A DNA stretch of 34,257 bases from a virus (Duplodnaviria > Caudoviricetes): the IMG/VR virus record IMGVR_UViG_3300031716_000035, positions 1-34,257 of that record; one strand, given 5' to 3'. Position 1 is the first letter of the stretch; each line of letters starts with the position of its first letter. The translations under genes and the position numbers were made by a program. This document shows, piece by piece, positions 16,874-26,281 of this stretch. Under the pieces are notes generated by a model that saw only the letters and a program-made list of their open reading frames with translations, had not been told where the DNA came from and did no database searches.

Positions 16874-18297
16874 TGGTTATTCGACTCCGCCTGGATCCAC
16901 GCACCGAGCAGCGCGGTCTTAACCGGAGCCGACCACGATAGTTCGAACACGCGATCACGTGCCATGCCGAGACGCTGGTACTGAAGCGACGTGATGTACT
17001 CACCTTCGAGCCCGAGGCTGATGCTGATGGCGTTGCCCCACGACTTGCCGCGCGTATCGCTCCAGCGCAGGAAGACCGGCACCGGGTCATACGTGCCCGT
17101 GCCGTTGCCGACTTCCATGTTCGCGAGGAATTCGCGGTATCGCATGCGGTCGCTGTTGTCGTCGACGCTGTGCATGAACGAGCGGATGCGCGGGATCGGA
17201 TTGCCGTTGTCCGTGTACGCGTTCACATCGAACAGGTACAGGTTGCCGTTCTCCCAGTCGCCGACGATCGGCATGCCATAGGCCGACGCATAGCAGTTCG
17301 CGCGGTGCCGGTGCAGGTTGCCGTTCCCGTCGATCCAGTTGAGTTCGTTCCACTGCTGCGTGGACAGGTCGTACTGCCAGGTCTTGTCGGCAGTCGGGAA
17401 CGTGAGCACGTAGAAGAAATGCCCCTCGATCTGGTACGTGAAGCCGATCGCGTCATCGATGCGCGCGTATGTGGCCAGTTCGTTATCGAGCGCGTGCGTC
17501 GAAATCTGGATAGCGTTGAACTGCGAGGTCCGGTTGACGTAGCAGTTGCCCTGCGGCGACTGCGCGAGCCAATAGACCTCGCCATCCATCTGCGCGATCG
17601 AGCCGGACGCGGCGCAGCCGTGCTGCATGAACACGCCCGGCAGCCGCTCGAAGGCGAATGTCGTGTCGCCTGCGTTAAACCACACTTCGACCGTCTCAGC
17701 GCCGAGCAGGTAGATATAGCGCTTGGCTACCGCGATGCCGATCAGCTTGTCGGAGTACGCAGACTTCGAAGCAAAGTCGGTCGCATCGAACGAGATTTCA
17801 TCGTTCAGCGAGATGTACCACTCGCGCGTGCCCGGCATGTTCAGCACAAGGAAGCCGTCGACGAAGCCGACCGTATTGCCGCCCGCGAACACGCCATCGG
17901 TAATCGGCGCGAACTTGTCGTCCGTCAGGTCGATGGTGTATCCGGCGCTGGTGCCGTCGACGATCACGACGAAATTGGCGTTGTCGACCATGTCCACCGG
18001 ACCGCTGTCGGTAGCCATGTCGCCCAGGCTCTTGAGCGTGAACGACGAGTCGATCGAGAACACCGTGGCGCCGCACACGCCGTACAGCGTGCCGTTAGAT
18101 GCGAACCAGAGCCCGCGCCAGCCAGTCCCGAAATCGGGTGTCGCGGTCGCTTTGAGCGTGAGGCCCGGAGTCGGGTAATAGGTGAACGGGAACGACGAAT
18201 CCTTCGGGTTCTGCTCCGCATACAGACCGATGCAGCGCTGCGCCTCCGCGACCAGGCTCTTGGCCGAGTACGCGCCTGTGACCAGCGGGAACTTCAC
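16870..18297 (-). CDS. Packaged-DNA stabilization / tail hub protein (P22 gp10-like)
   Basis: 475 aa; TPGL, FVDGFLV, TVEVWFNAG, GHFFYVLTFP..TWQYD, LRWSD..G..W and RDRVFEL motifs. Confidence 0.88.
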   Translation of the reverse strand: MKFPLVTGAYSAKSLVAEAQRCIGLYAEQNPKDSSFPFTYYPTPGLTLKATATPDFGTGWRGLWFASNGTLYGVCGATVFSIDSSFTLKSLGDMATDSGPVDMVDNANFVVIVDGTSAGYTIDLTDDKFAPITDGVFAGGNTVGFVDGFLVLNMPGTREWYISLNDEISFDATDFASKSAYSDKLIGIAVAKRYIYLLGAETVEVWFNAGDTTFAFERLPGVFMQHGCAASGSIAQMDGEVYWLAQSPQGNCYVNRTSQFNAIQISTHALDNELATYARIDDAIGFTYQIEGHFFYVLTFPTADKTWQYDLSTQQWNELNWIDGNGNLHRHRANCYASAYGMPIVGDWENGNLYLFDVNAYTDNGNPIPRIRSFMHSVDDNSDRMRYREFLANMEVGNGTGTYDPVPVFLRWSDTRGKSWGNAISISLGLEGEYITSLQYQRLGMARDRVFELSWSAPVKTALLGAWIQAESNNQ

Positions 18298-19040
18298 GGC
18301 GAACTCCCGATATAGAAGTCACCGTAAATGTTGTAGGTGCCCGTGTTATTGCCCTGCAGCGCGATTGGCATCTGCAGGCGCGGAATCTGCGCGTTCACTT
18401 CTTCGATGATCGACAGCGATGCGGCCGCCTTTCTCTCGGCCACGTCGCTCACCGGCAGCCCGTAGAACGGGTATAGCTCGAGCGTCAGATTCCACATGAG
18501 CGCCGCGCTATATTCGGGCGGCAGCGCGAGCGTATCGCTCAGGTTCTGGAACTGCTGAAGCTGCTGCATCACGGTCAGAAAGATCTCGTACTGGTTGCTG
18601 GGTAGCGGCCAGATGAAGACGTTGCCGATCGGATACGCAGCGTCGTAGAACGCGTACCGCGGGAAGGAATTCAGGTTCTTGATCGATATCCGGTTGTAAT
18701 CCTCGCGCGCACGCAGAATCTCAAGCGGATAATCGACCGGCAGCGGCGTGTTCTGGTTCTGGCGGAAGAACGCCGATTCCAGCTTCGCCGGCCGCGGCAC
18801 ATCGAAATCGGCGCCCGGGCCGACCGTGTACGACAACGCGCCGGTGCCCTGCTTCGATACCGTCACCAGCTCGTAAATCATGTAGCGGCGGCGCTGCAAC
18901 TGCGCCATCAGCATGTTGAGGAGGTTGAAGCAATCGTTGATGTCTTCCGCAGCCGCGGTCTGCCCCACGCCGAGGACGTTGGCCGTCTTCAGCGCGAGGT
19001 TGATCAGATCGCGGGGCGTCTGCGGAAGCGGAGAGGTCAT
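18294..19040 (-). CDS. Head-tail adaptor (P22 gp4-like)
   Basis: DLINLALK...GVGQ N-terminus and LPPEYSAALMWNL..EL.P.YG C-terminus; synteny. Confidence 0.8.
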   Translation of the reverse strand: MTSPLPQTPRDLINLALKTANVLGVGQTAAAEDINDCFNLLNMLMAQLQRRRYMIYELVTVSKQGTGALSYTVGPGADFDVPRPAKLESAFFRQNQNTPLPVDYPLEILRAREDYNRISIKNLNSFPRYAFYDAAYPIGNVFIWPLPSNQYEIFLTVMQQLQQFQNLSDTLALPPEYSAALMWNLTLELYPFYGLPVSDVAERKAAASLSIIEEVNAQIPRLQMPIALQGNNTGTYNIYGDFYIGSSP

Positions 19041-19041
19041 G

Positions 19042-19443
19042 TTAGTGCGACGTCCAGGCCGAACCGTTGCACAGCACCGGCACCACCACCGCGCCACCGC
19101 CAGTGAGCGCAGCGTTATAGGTCGGGCTCGTCGCGTCGGTCACGACCAGCAACAGCGCCTTCGACGATGCGTTGCAGGCCGGCAGCGTGGCGACGGTGAA
19201 CTGCGCCGGCTGCATCTGCACAGAGCCCGCGCTTTGCGTGCTCATCGAACCCGCGCAGAACGGCAGCGCCGAGCCGACCGACACGCCCGAGCCGTTGTAA
19301 TAAGTGCTGCCCTGCAGGAAGAACGTGCCGCACTGGTTGTTGATGGTCTGGAAGCCGTTGCTCGGGTTGAACTGAGCCTGCGCAGACAGCGAAGCGGCGA
19401 GGCCTGCAAAGGCCACGGCGAGCGAGACAAGAATCTTCTTCAC
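19042..19443 (-). CDS. Decoration/fibre-tip-like protein with a Sec signal peptide (133 aa)
   Basis: GTG start with AAGGAG RBS and GTGA overlap; KKILVSLAVAFAGLAASLSAQA|Q signal; C-terminal FTVATLP...VTDA...GGGA...PVLCNGSAW; 4 Cys. Confidence 0.72.
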   Translation of the reverse strand: MKKILVSLAVAFAGLAASLSAQAQFNPSNGFQTINNQCGTFFLQGSTYYNGSGVSVGSALPFCAGSMSTQSAGSVQMQPAQFTVATLPACNASSKALLLVVTDATSPTYNAALTGGGAVVVPVLCNGSAWTSH

Positions 19444-19688
19444 GATTGACACTCCTTGGCGTCGTTGATCAGTGTCTTGAGCTTCTCGACGCCAGTCCGC
19501 GGATGCGGCGACAGTCCGAGTTCGCGCGCCTGCGCCATCAGCGTTTCGCGTTCGTCATCGCCGCCGGTGGCCGCCGCTTCCTCGTCTGCGTTCTCGACGA
19601 TGATTTGCGAGCCATCGGCCAGCGTCACCCACTTCGGGTACTCGACGAAGACGTACGGTGCGGTGAAGTTGCGCATGTTCGGATGCAT
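19440..19688 (-). CDS. Conserved small protein downstream of the coat gene (82 aa)
   Basis: GAGGGG RBS; EYPKWV...IVENADEE and L..QARELG...H.RTG.EKL helical tail. Confidence 0.78.
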   Translation of the reverse strand: MHPNMRNFTAPYVFVEYPKWVTLADGSQIIVENADEEAAATGGDDERETLMAQARELGLSPHPRTGVEKLKTLINDAKECQS

Positions 19689-19700
19689 CGATTGCCCCTC

Positions 19701-19731
19701 AAAAAAGGAGCCGAGGATGTGCCCCGGCTCC
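19701..19731 (-). terminator. Rho-independent terminator after the coat gene
   Basis: Minus strand GGAGCCGGGG-CACAT-CCTCGGCTCC followed by T6. Confidence 0.85.
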
Positions 19732-19757
19732 AAACCCACCACCTGCCGGAGACTCGG

Positions 19758-20963
19758 TTAAAGGATGTCGGCCACCGCGACCGCCCATTCCGGACGAATG
19801 GCCGCGAAGCCATACAGCACGTCCAGACGCGTGATCAGGTTGTCGCTCATCACGTCGTAGCCGGTGATCATCCGCATCGCGCATCCGTCGAACTCCGCGC
19901 GCGCCGACTCGACCACGCCAGCCGTCGGCATGACCAGGTCAGCCGTGGCGAGCGTGAAGGCTTCGGGATAGAACGCGATGTTCTGGCGATAGGACGAACC
20001 GGCCGGCAGCACCAGCGCGACGGCAGCGCCGTTGGCGGGCGATGCGGTGACGGTGTTGAACGCAGCCGGCGCGGGCACGATGGCCGGATAGATTGGGATC
20101 GACGTGGCGCCCGTGGCGACGTTTGCGGTCACGATGAACTGGCGCAGCGCACCCTGCGTCTGGCCCGTCAGGCGGTTGATCGCGTTGACGCCCGCGATCG
20201 TGATGATGTCGCCCGCGTTGAGCGTGCCGGTAATCGCATTCACGGTCAGCGTGTTGCCGGTCTGGTTCGCGCCGTTGACCGTGCCGCCCGCCGAGAACGT
20301 GCCGTTCGTGTGGATCTGGACCGTCTGGTCATCGAACCAGTCGAAGCCCAGCGTGTCGGTCGTGATCATGCCGGTTTCGTACTGATCCGAAATCTTCTTC
20401 TGCGGATTCAGCAGGCCCGCCAGCGTCGGCACAGTGCGCGCTTCGGTGATCATGTCGAGGATGATCGAGCGATCCATGCGCGGCGCCAGATTCTGCGAGA
20501 GCTGCGCGCCGGCGTTCAGCCAGGTGCTCATGTCCGGCGAAACCAGGTTGCCCGAACCATCGGTCTTGAATGACAGGTTCGATGCCGCATTCGATACGCT
20601 GATCAGATCGCCGGCCATCGACGCCGCGAGACGGTTCACGGCGGGCGCCAGAATGCGCTCGCTGTAATCGTCGAGGGACATGGTCTTTTCGGCGGTGCCG
20701 AACGCGACAGGCACGTTCTTTTGCGTCGCGACCGTGAGCGTGGTGTTCTGCTCGTTGGTGCCCTGCGGAACAATCGCCGGGCCGGTGTTCACGACATAGT
20801 CGTTCGGCAGGCGGATACGCAGGGTGTTGCCGATCTTGGCGCCATCGCGCGCGAACTGATCGTCGTATTGCCGGTTCACCCGGCGCAGGAAGGCGTTGGT
20901 CTGGCTAAACAGACGCACCGCCTCGTTGGTGACCATGTTGATGGTCAGCAGGCTGTTGGCCAC
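19758..20963 (-). CDS. Major capsid protein, P22 coat family (401 aa)
   Basis: GTG start with GGGAG RBS; ANSLLT, KIGNTLRIRLP, LAPAVNRLA, AFTLATADL and RLDVLYG...IRPEWA motifs. Confidence 0.93.
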   Translation of the reverse strand: MANSLLTINMVTNEAVRLFSQTNAFLRRVNRQYDDQFARDGAKIGNTLRIRLPNDYVVNTGPAIVPQGTNEQNTTLTVATQKNVPVAFGTAEKTMSLDDYSERILAPAVNRLAASMAGDLISVSNAASNLSFKTDGSGNLVSPDMSTWLNAGAQLSQNLAPRMDRSIILDMITEARTVPTLAGLLNPQKKISDQYETGMITTDTLGFDWFDDQTVQIHTNGTFSAGGTVNGANQTGNTLTVNAITGTLNAGDIITIAGVNAINRLTGQTQGALRQFIVTANVATGATSIPIYPAIVPAPAAFNTVTASPANGAAVALVLPAGSSYRQNIAFYPEAFTLATADLVMPTAGVVESARAEFDGCAMRMITGYDVMSDNLITRLDVLYGFAAIRPEWAVAVADIL

Positions 20964-21314
20964 GTTGCTCTCCCGAGGCAAAAACGAAGAAGCCATTGCT
21001 GGCGGCTTGTCTCTGCCCTGCGGAGACCTGCTTGACGGGCCAATCCGGCGATTACGGCTCGCCTTAGCCTATGAAACCCTTTGCGCTATACCGCTGCGCT
21101 ATCGGTGATTCGGAATCTATGTGATGGGAAAAAAGCTGTCTACAGCACATGCTCGCGGCTGGACTCGATCGCATGCGTTCGGATTGGCCGGTGATCAAAT
21201 CCGGCTTGCACCTACTGGGAGAGGCGGCGAGTCCAGGCGTGAGAACGCGAAAGACCCACGCCGCCCGTATCAAGCTGCGGCGCCGACCGCCGCTGACAGC
21301 GTGGGTTGATCTGC
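20964..21314 (-). ncRNA. Candidate structured non-coding RNA / coat-gene leader
   Basis: 350-nt gap with no credible ORF, many stems and an internal hairpin plus T6 (see findings). Confidence 0.4.
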
Positions 21315-22055
21315 CTAGCGCCGCTTCCGCGCGTTCTTATTTCTCCACGCGATGAACCCCTTCGGGTCCTTGTCCGGATCAGGCATCCCGCCGTCGGATC
21401 GGCTCGAACCGCCCTCCAACCCTTCGACCGGCGGCGGGGCCTTGCTGATCTGCTTGCCGAGTTCCTTGGCAGCCTTCGGCGCGAGCTTCGTCAGTTCGAT
21501 GGCCATCTGCACCGGATCGAGCGATGTGATGCGCGCGGCCTCGCTCAGGTTCTCGGTCTTGCCGAGATAGGTCACGACTTTCTCGGCGCCCGGCACATTG
21601 GTGAGGACTTTCAGGAAGTCCATGCCGCCGATGTCTGCCATCTGCAGGTTGTCGACCGACTTCTTGAAGGCCTCGCCAAACTCCTTTTCGCCCGCATCGT
21701 TGATCGCCGCGATCTTCGAACTCAGGTCCTGCGCGCCGACGCGCTCCTGATACTTGCGCTCGGCGGCCGCGTCGACCAGCGCGTGCACGTCGTGCTGCTG
21801 CGGCTGCGGCGACACGGCATTCGGATCGCCGCCCGCGCGAAGCTGCGCGATCAGCGTCTCATGCTCGCGCACACGCGCTTCAGCTTCCGCCGCGCGCTGC
21901 TCGGCTGCCCGGCGGGCCGCGGTGATCTCGCTGATGCGCTTCGGCACCCAGCTGGTATCGGGCTGCTGGCGCTGCTCGGTCTGCTGCTCGACCGGTTGCG
22001 TTTCGGGCTGCTGCTGGCCGGCCTCGACTTGCTGCTCGGTCTGGACATCGCTCAT
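21315..22055 (-). CDS. Scaffolding protein (246 aa)
   Basis: Gln/Glu-rich N-terminus, KRISEIT coiled coil, SKAPPP and basic C-terminus; lies between portal and coat. Confidence 0.85.
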   Translation of the reverse strand: MSDVQTEQQVEAGQQQPETQPVEQQTEQRQQPDTSWVPKRISEITAARRAAEQRAAEAEARVREHETLIAQLRAGGDPNAVSPQPQQHDVHALVDAAAERKYQERVGAQDLSSKIAAINDAGEKEFGEAFKKSVDNLQMADIGGMDFLKVLTNVPGAEKVVTYLGKTENLSEAARITSLDPVQMAIELTKLAPKAAKELGKQISKAPPPVEGLEGGSSRSDGGMPDPDKDPKGFIAWRNKNARKRR

Positions 22056-22420
22056 GGTGCTCTCCGGTGAATGCGTGATCAAAATTAATTGAGGTTGACT
22101 TTTTGTACGCGGCGCTCTTTGCCTTGCGCTACATTCCCGCTAGCGAATGCAGCGACTGCTTGAATCGTGCACATCCATGAAAAATCTCGCGCGCCGACCG
22201 CACTTCTGTCCCACAGATCAGCCAGATCGCTGCTATCGAATGAAATGTTTCGTTGAACGCCATCATCGAGACGATCAAACCGAGCAACGAAGGAATCGGA
22301 AGAGATTGAGTACTCGCATATCACGCGCATCCCACCCCAGTAATAAGCGCATCGTGAGGGATTATTTTCGTAGCCCGCAGGTAGCGGTAAATCATTCGAT
22401 TTCATGGGTGCTCTCCGGTG
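22056..22420. repeat. 14-bp direct repeat GGTGCTCTCCGGTG flanking the moron
   Basis: Copies at 22056-22069 and 22407-22420; both are the RBS of the downstream minus-strand gene. Confidence 0.88.
22085..22405 (-). CDS. Moron-like hypothetical protein (106 aa)
   Basis: ATG with GGAGAG RBS; visibly AT-richer than its neighbours; flanked by a 14-bp direct repeat. Confidence 0.7.
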   Translation of the reverse strand: MKSNDLPLPAGYENNPSRCAYYWGGMRVICEYSISSDSFVARFDRLDDGVQRNISFDSSDLADLWDRSAVGARDFSWMCTIQAVAAFASGNVAQGKERRVQKVNLN

Positions 22421-22421
22421 G

Positions 22422-24596
22422 TTACTGTGGTGCTGCCTGTGGTTCTTGGACTGGCGCCAACACGCTCTGAATGCCGCTGGCGTACAGGTTGGCGGGATCG
22501 GTCTGGTCCGGCTGGATGCCGGCGTCCGGATTCGGCGCGCGCAGAATCTCGGCCAGCGCCTTGCGGATGATCGGTTCGAGCGCGCCATCGCCCATGCGCT
22601 CGGCAATCACCTTCAGGCGGTCGGTCTCGGCCTTGAACGAATTCAGGATGGCCGTGTTGTCGTTCTCCATGCGCAGCGCGAGGTGGTTCAGGCCATCGAT
22701 ATCGACGCGCTTCTGCTGGAGCTGCTGCTCGATCGACTTATCGTGCAGCGCCTGCTGCATCTGGGTCATGACCTGGTGCGCCTGCTGCAATTGCTGCTGA
22801 AGCGCCTGCACCTGCGGGTCGATCTCCCCGAACACAGCCGGGTTAGTCGACTTGATCCAGTTGCGCATGCGCTCGGCGAGCTTGTCGGCGCTCGGGAAGT
22901 CGGCGTTGCTCATGTACAGGTCGCCAATCACCTGCGCGAGCGCCGGCTGAGCGGCCAGCAACTGCGTCTGTGCATCGAATGCCTGCTCGCGGCGCGTATC
23001 GAAGCTGGGGCCGGCCTTCGCGATCACGTTGTAGCGGCCGACCGACGGGTTGAAGATCGCGCGGATCTTCGCTTCGCCCTTGTCCTCCGACTGCTTGACC
23101 GCCTGAGCGCCCTTCGGATCGATCTGTATCTGGCTTTCCTCACCCGATTCCTCGTCGGTGATCAGCAGCACGCGGCGCGTGTCGTAATACTTCGGGATCG
23201 CGTCGATCAGCTGCACGCCGGTGAAGCGAATCGCATCGGCCATGGCGTCCTGATAGTTGAAAGTGACGCGCTGCCCCTGCTTCTGGCGCTGCTCGATCGA
23301 GATTCCGCTGACCTCGTTGCCCTGCTCGCTGAAGGTCGATTCGTACTGGCCGCTGGCCATCATCATCTGGTGCTCGGCGGTCTGCATGCCATCCATGAAC
23401 ACAGGGGCGCTCACCGGCGGCTGCGTGCGCTCGGGCTTCGGGATCTGGTTGCCCTGCTCGTCGATGTGGTTGTATGGCAGGTATGCGTGATTCTGCGTGT
23501 TGGCGGTCGCCCAATAGTTCTCGTACCCTTCGACGGCCTCGCCCGGCGCGGTCCACGGCTGCTTGGACTGCAATGCACCGTATTCCAGCGCCGCCGATGC
23601 GTTGTAGTTGTACGCGCGCTGCGAGTCCTTCAGATAACGCGTGAGGCCCTTACGATCGAGCTTGCCCTCGATCACGATTTCCTCGCCGGGCACGCGGATG
23701 ATCGGGATGTACTTGCCCAACCACACCGAGCTTTCGACGATCTCGTCGCCGACGATCAGATGCCACCGTACCGTCCACTTCGGTACACGGCGGCGCTCGG
23801 CCTCACCGCGCTCATGCGCCTGCTCGAGCAGCGCGTGGCCCTCAACCGGCACCGATGACTGGCGCGTCAGCACCACATTGCCATCCTCGCCCTCGACCGC
23901 GTAGAGCCATTCCTTGCCCTCGTCGCGCTCGTAGTATTCGGCCACGCGGATCGTGTCCTTACGGTTCCACGATAGCTCGCCTTCGCCCATCACCGCTTTA
24001 CCCGTGGCCTTCGGATACTTTTTCTCGGCCTTGTCGCGTGGCATATCGTCGAACACGAACGCAAAGCGCGCGTCGGACCCGTCCGTCTTCTTGATCATCG
24101 GGTCCATGTAGATCGACAACGGATCCTGTACCTCGCGGATGAAAAGGTCCTGGTCGAAGCTGTCCTCGTCGACGTAATCGGCCACGATGCGCCAGTAGCC
24201 GATGCCTCCGCCGACTTGCATCTCCATGGCCTTCTTGTACGCTTGCTGCGCGTTCGAGATGTACTCGATGCGGCGCACGACCTGTTCGAACACCTGCGCG
24301 CTCTCATAGGTCGATTCGTTGCCGGTCGCGCTGATCTTGATCGACGGCTTGTTCTCCTTGCCGAAGTTGACCACGTGCAGCCAGTGCGTGTGCGTCTTGT
24401 TGATCGTCACCATCGGCTGGCCGGCGATCTGGCGCGCGGCGCGCACCGCGGCATTCCACTGGTCCTGATTGTCTGGGTCGGCGAACAGGAAGCGGATATC
24501 GTCCTTGAACTTCGACCGGAACTCGCTTTCCCACGATACGCAGCTTGCGAAGCGCTCATGCGCGCGGGCGATGATGGTTTTCTTCTGTTCGGCCAT
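22422..24596 (-). CDS. Portal protein, P22-like (724 aa)
   Basis: DQW, TINK, GGIGYWRI, DP..KK.DGSDA, KYIPII, DSQRAYN, SGI.I..RQ.QG and GPSFDTRR motifs; long C-terminal coiled-coil barrel. Confidence 0.92.
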   Translation of the reverse strand: MAEQKKTIIARAHERFASCVSWESEFRSKFKDDIRFLFADPDNQDQWNAAVRAARQIAGQPMVTINKTHTHWLHVVNFGKENKPSIKISATGNESTYESAQVFEQVVRRIEYISNAQQAYKKAMEMQVGGGIGYWRIVADYVDEDSFDQDLFIREVQDPLSIYMDPMIKKTDGSDARFAFVFDDMPRDKAEKKYPKATGKAVMGEGELSWNRKDTIRVAEYYERDEGKEWLYAVEGEDGNVVLTRQSSVPVEGHALLEQAHERGEAERRRVPKWTVRWHLIVGDEIVESSVWLGKYIPIIRVPGEEIVIEGKLDRKGLTRYLKDSQRAYNYNASAALEYGALQSKQPWTAPGEAVEGYENYWATANTQNHAYLPYNHIDEQGNQIPKPERTQPPVSAPVFMDGMQTAEHQMMMASGQYESTFSEQGNEVSGISIEQRQKQGQRVTFNYQDAMADAIRFTGVQLIDAIPKYYDTRRVLLITDEESGEESQIQIDPKGAQAVKQSEDKGEAKIRAIFNPSVGRYNVIAKAGPSFDTRREQAFDAQTQLLAAQPALAQVIGDLYMSNADFPSADKLAERMRNWIKSTNPAVFGEIDPQVQALQQQLQQAHQVMTQMQQALHDKSIEQQLQQKRVDIDGLNHLALRMENDNTAILNSFKAETDRLKVIAERMGDGALEPIIRKALAEILRAPNPDAGIQPDQTDPANLYASGIQSVLAPVQEPQAAPQ

Positions 24597-24598
24597 GG

Positions 24599-24886
24599 TT
24601 AATCCCCCGTCCACGCGTCTTGCAGGATGAATTGCGGCATGTCGTCAATCCAGATATCGACGGGCCGACCCAGCGCTTCCATATGCGGTTTCTTTGCCTT
24701 CCGATCGGTGTATTCGACGCGGCTTGCGCGTTCCGAAAGCTGCTCCGGGATGACTTCGGACCATTCTCGCCGGCGCATCGTCACAACCTCGACCGAATGC
24801 CCTCGAGCCTTGGCAAGCGTGATGAAGCAATCCCACATCTCGGGGTCGGCGGTGTAAGTTTTGTCGTAGTCGAGCGCGATGCGCAT
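24599..24886 (-). CDS. Minimal HAD-superfamily hydrolase (95 aa)
   Basis: IALDYDKT (DxDxT), VVTMR, K, and IWIDD.P motifs. Confidence 0.78.
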   Translation of the reverse strand: MRIALDYDKTYTADPEMWDCFITLAKARGHSVEVVTMRRREWSEVIPEQLSERASRVEYTDRKAKKPHMEALGRPVDIWIDDMPQFILQDAWTGD

Positions 24887-24889
24887 GAT

Positions 24890-26281
24890 CTAGCCCATCC
24901 AGTAGCCTGGCTGCGTTCGCCCGGGGTTGAGAACGCGTGGTCCCTTCGGTGCATCCTGTTTATTCTTGCTGCGGTCGCGCACCAAGCCAGGAAACAACTC
25001 GGCCAGCACCCAGATCCATGCGTCCGCACGGTTTGGCGAGCCTTCGCCGATGTACCCGACCGTCGAGAACGCGGTCATCTCGTCCTCGAGCTCGCGAAAA
25101 TCGCCCACGTGGCGCACCTTCCCCTGCTCGTAGAGCGCAGAGAACGGCTCGGCCCGCACGTGCTTGCCGCGCGTGGCGGTGACCATCTTGAAAGGAGTGC
25201 GCGGCCGCGCCGTCAGGATCGTGTGCTGGACCATCGCGCCGCCGTAGTTGGTCTCGCCAACCACAACGTCTGCAGCGTGCCGGTCATAGGCGCTCGTCGC
25301 GACATTGGCCCACGTGGCGGGACCAGCCTTGATCGTGCAGTCCTGAAACAGATAGGCAATCCCATCTGTGCCGAGACCGCCGGCCACAATGCCGATCTCG
25401 TCGTTGTCCGCGTTATCGACGTCGCCCGAACCGCTCGGGTCCACGCCGATGACCACGCGCACGAACTCGGGCAGCTCGCGGCCCGGATCGTGTCGCCACT
25501 TATCGATCGTTTCCTCTGCGAACAGTTGGTTTGGCGTAGCGTCACTGAATTCGCCCTTCAGGAACCTCTTCTGGAGCCTCGCGCTCATGCCTTGCAGCGT
25601 GTCAAGGTATGACGAACTCAGGTTCTCGACGTTGTCCTTCGGATTGATCTGGAAGCTGGCGTAGTCCGCCGGATTGCGCAGCGGCTCGCCGGTGTCCGGA
25701 TCGATCTTCTTGATGAACCGCTTGTATGTCCAGTGCGCCTTGGACGGCGGGTTGCAGTCGTAATAGGCGCGCATCTTGAGCTGCTGCGGCGTCCGCCCCT
25801 CGATCTTCGTCATCACCTGCTGTGCGAGGCGCGTCACCGCAGTATCGACCGATGACATCGGGATCTGCGAACACTCGTTGAAATAGAGCGTCGCGAATTC
25901 CTTGCCCAGCACCTTTTCGACGCGCTCCTTGTCGTCCAGACCGGAGAACCATATTTCGCTGTCGAGGTCGTGGCCGTTCTCGTCCTTCTGGCCCGTGTGG
26001 ATCGTCGCGTAGCCGTCTCCCTTGTGCATCATGTAGCGCACATGCGGGAATGCCAGCTTCATGACCTTCGGGAAGGTGTCGAGGACAATCGATTCGTGCA
26101 CGTGCAGCGCGCGGAACCGGAATATGCCGTGTCGGCTGCCGGGTGCCTTGATCGCGCGCATAACGATGTTGCGCACATGCAGGAAGGTCTTGCCGCTACG
26201 CGAGCCGCCGAACAGCATCAGGTGCGTAGCGTCGCCAGCTAGAACGCCCTGCGCCACTTCCTGCCGCTCGGTCAGCTTCAT
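24890..26281 (-). CDS. terL: Terminase large subunit
   Basis: Walker A GGSRSGKT, Walker B LYFNE, DCNP coupling motif, nuclease IGVDP / GETN / SPNRADA. Confidence 0.93.
   Translation of the reverse strand: MKLTERQEVAQGVLAGDATHLMLFGGSRSGKTFLHVRNIVMRAIKAPGSRHGIFRFRALHVHESIVLDTFPKVMKLAFPHVRYMMHKGDGYATIHTGQKDENGHDLDSEIWFSGLDDKERVEKVLGKEFATLYFNECSQIPMSSVDTAVTRLAQQVMTKIEGRTPQQLKMRAYYDCNPPSKAHWTYKRFIKKIDPDTGEPLRNPADYASFQINPKDNVENLSSSYLDTLQGMSARLQKRFLKGEFSDATPNQLFAEETIDKWRHDPGRELPEFVRVVIGVDPSGSGDVDNADNDEIGIVAGGLGTDGIAYLFQDCTIKAGPATWANVATSAYDRHAADVVVGETNYGGAMVQHTILTARPRTPFKMVTATRGKHVRAEPFSALYEQGKVRHVGDFRELEDEMTAFSTVGYIGEGSPNRADAWIWVLAELFPGLVRDRSKNKQDAPKGPRVLNPGRTQPGYWMG

Noticed and set aside
11950-25612. 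Long + strand ORFs (421, 385, 381, 375, 484, 330 aa) opposite the structural genes
   Set aside because: Antisense shadows of well-supported minus-strand genes; no motifs or RBS.
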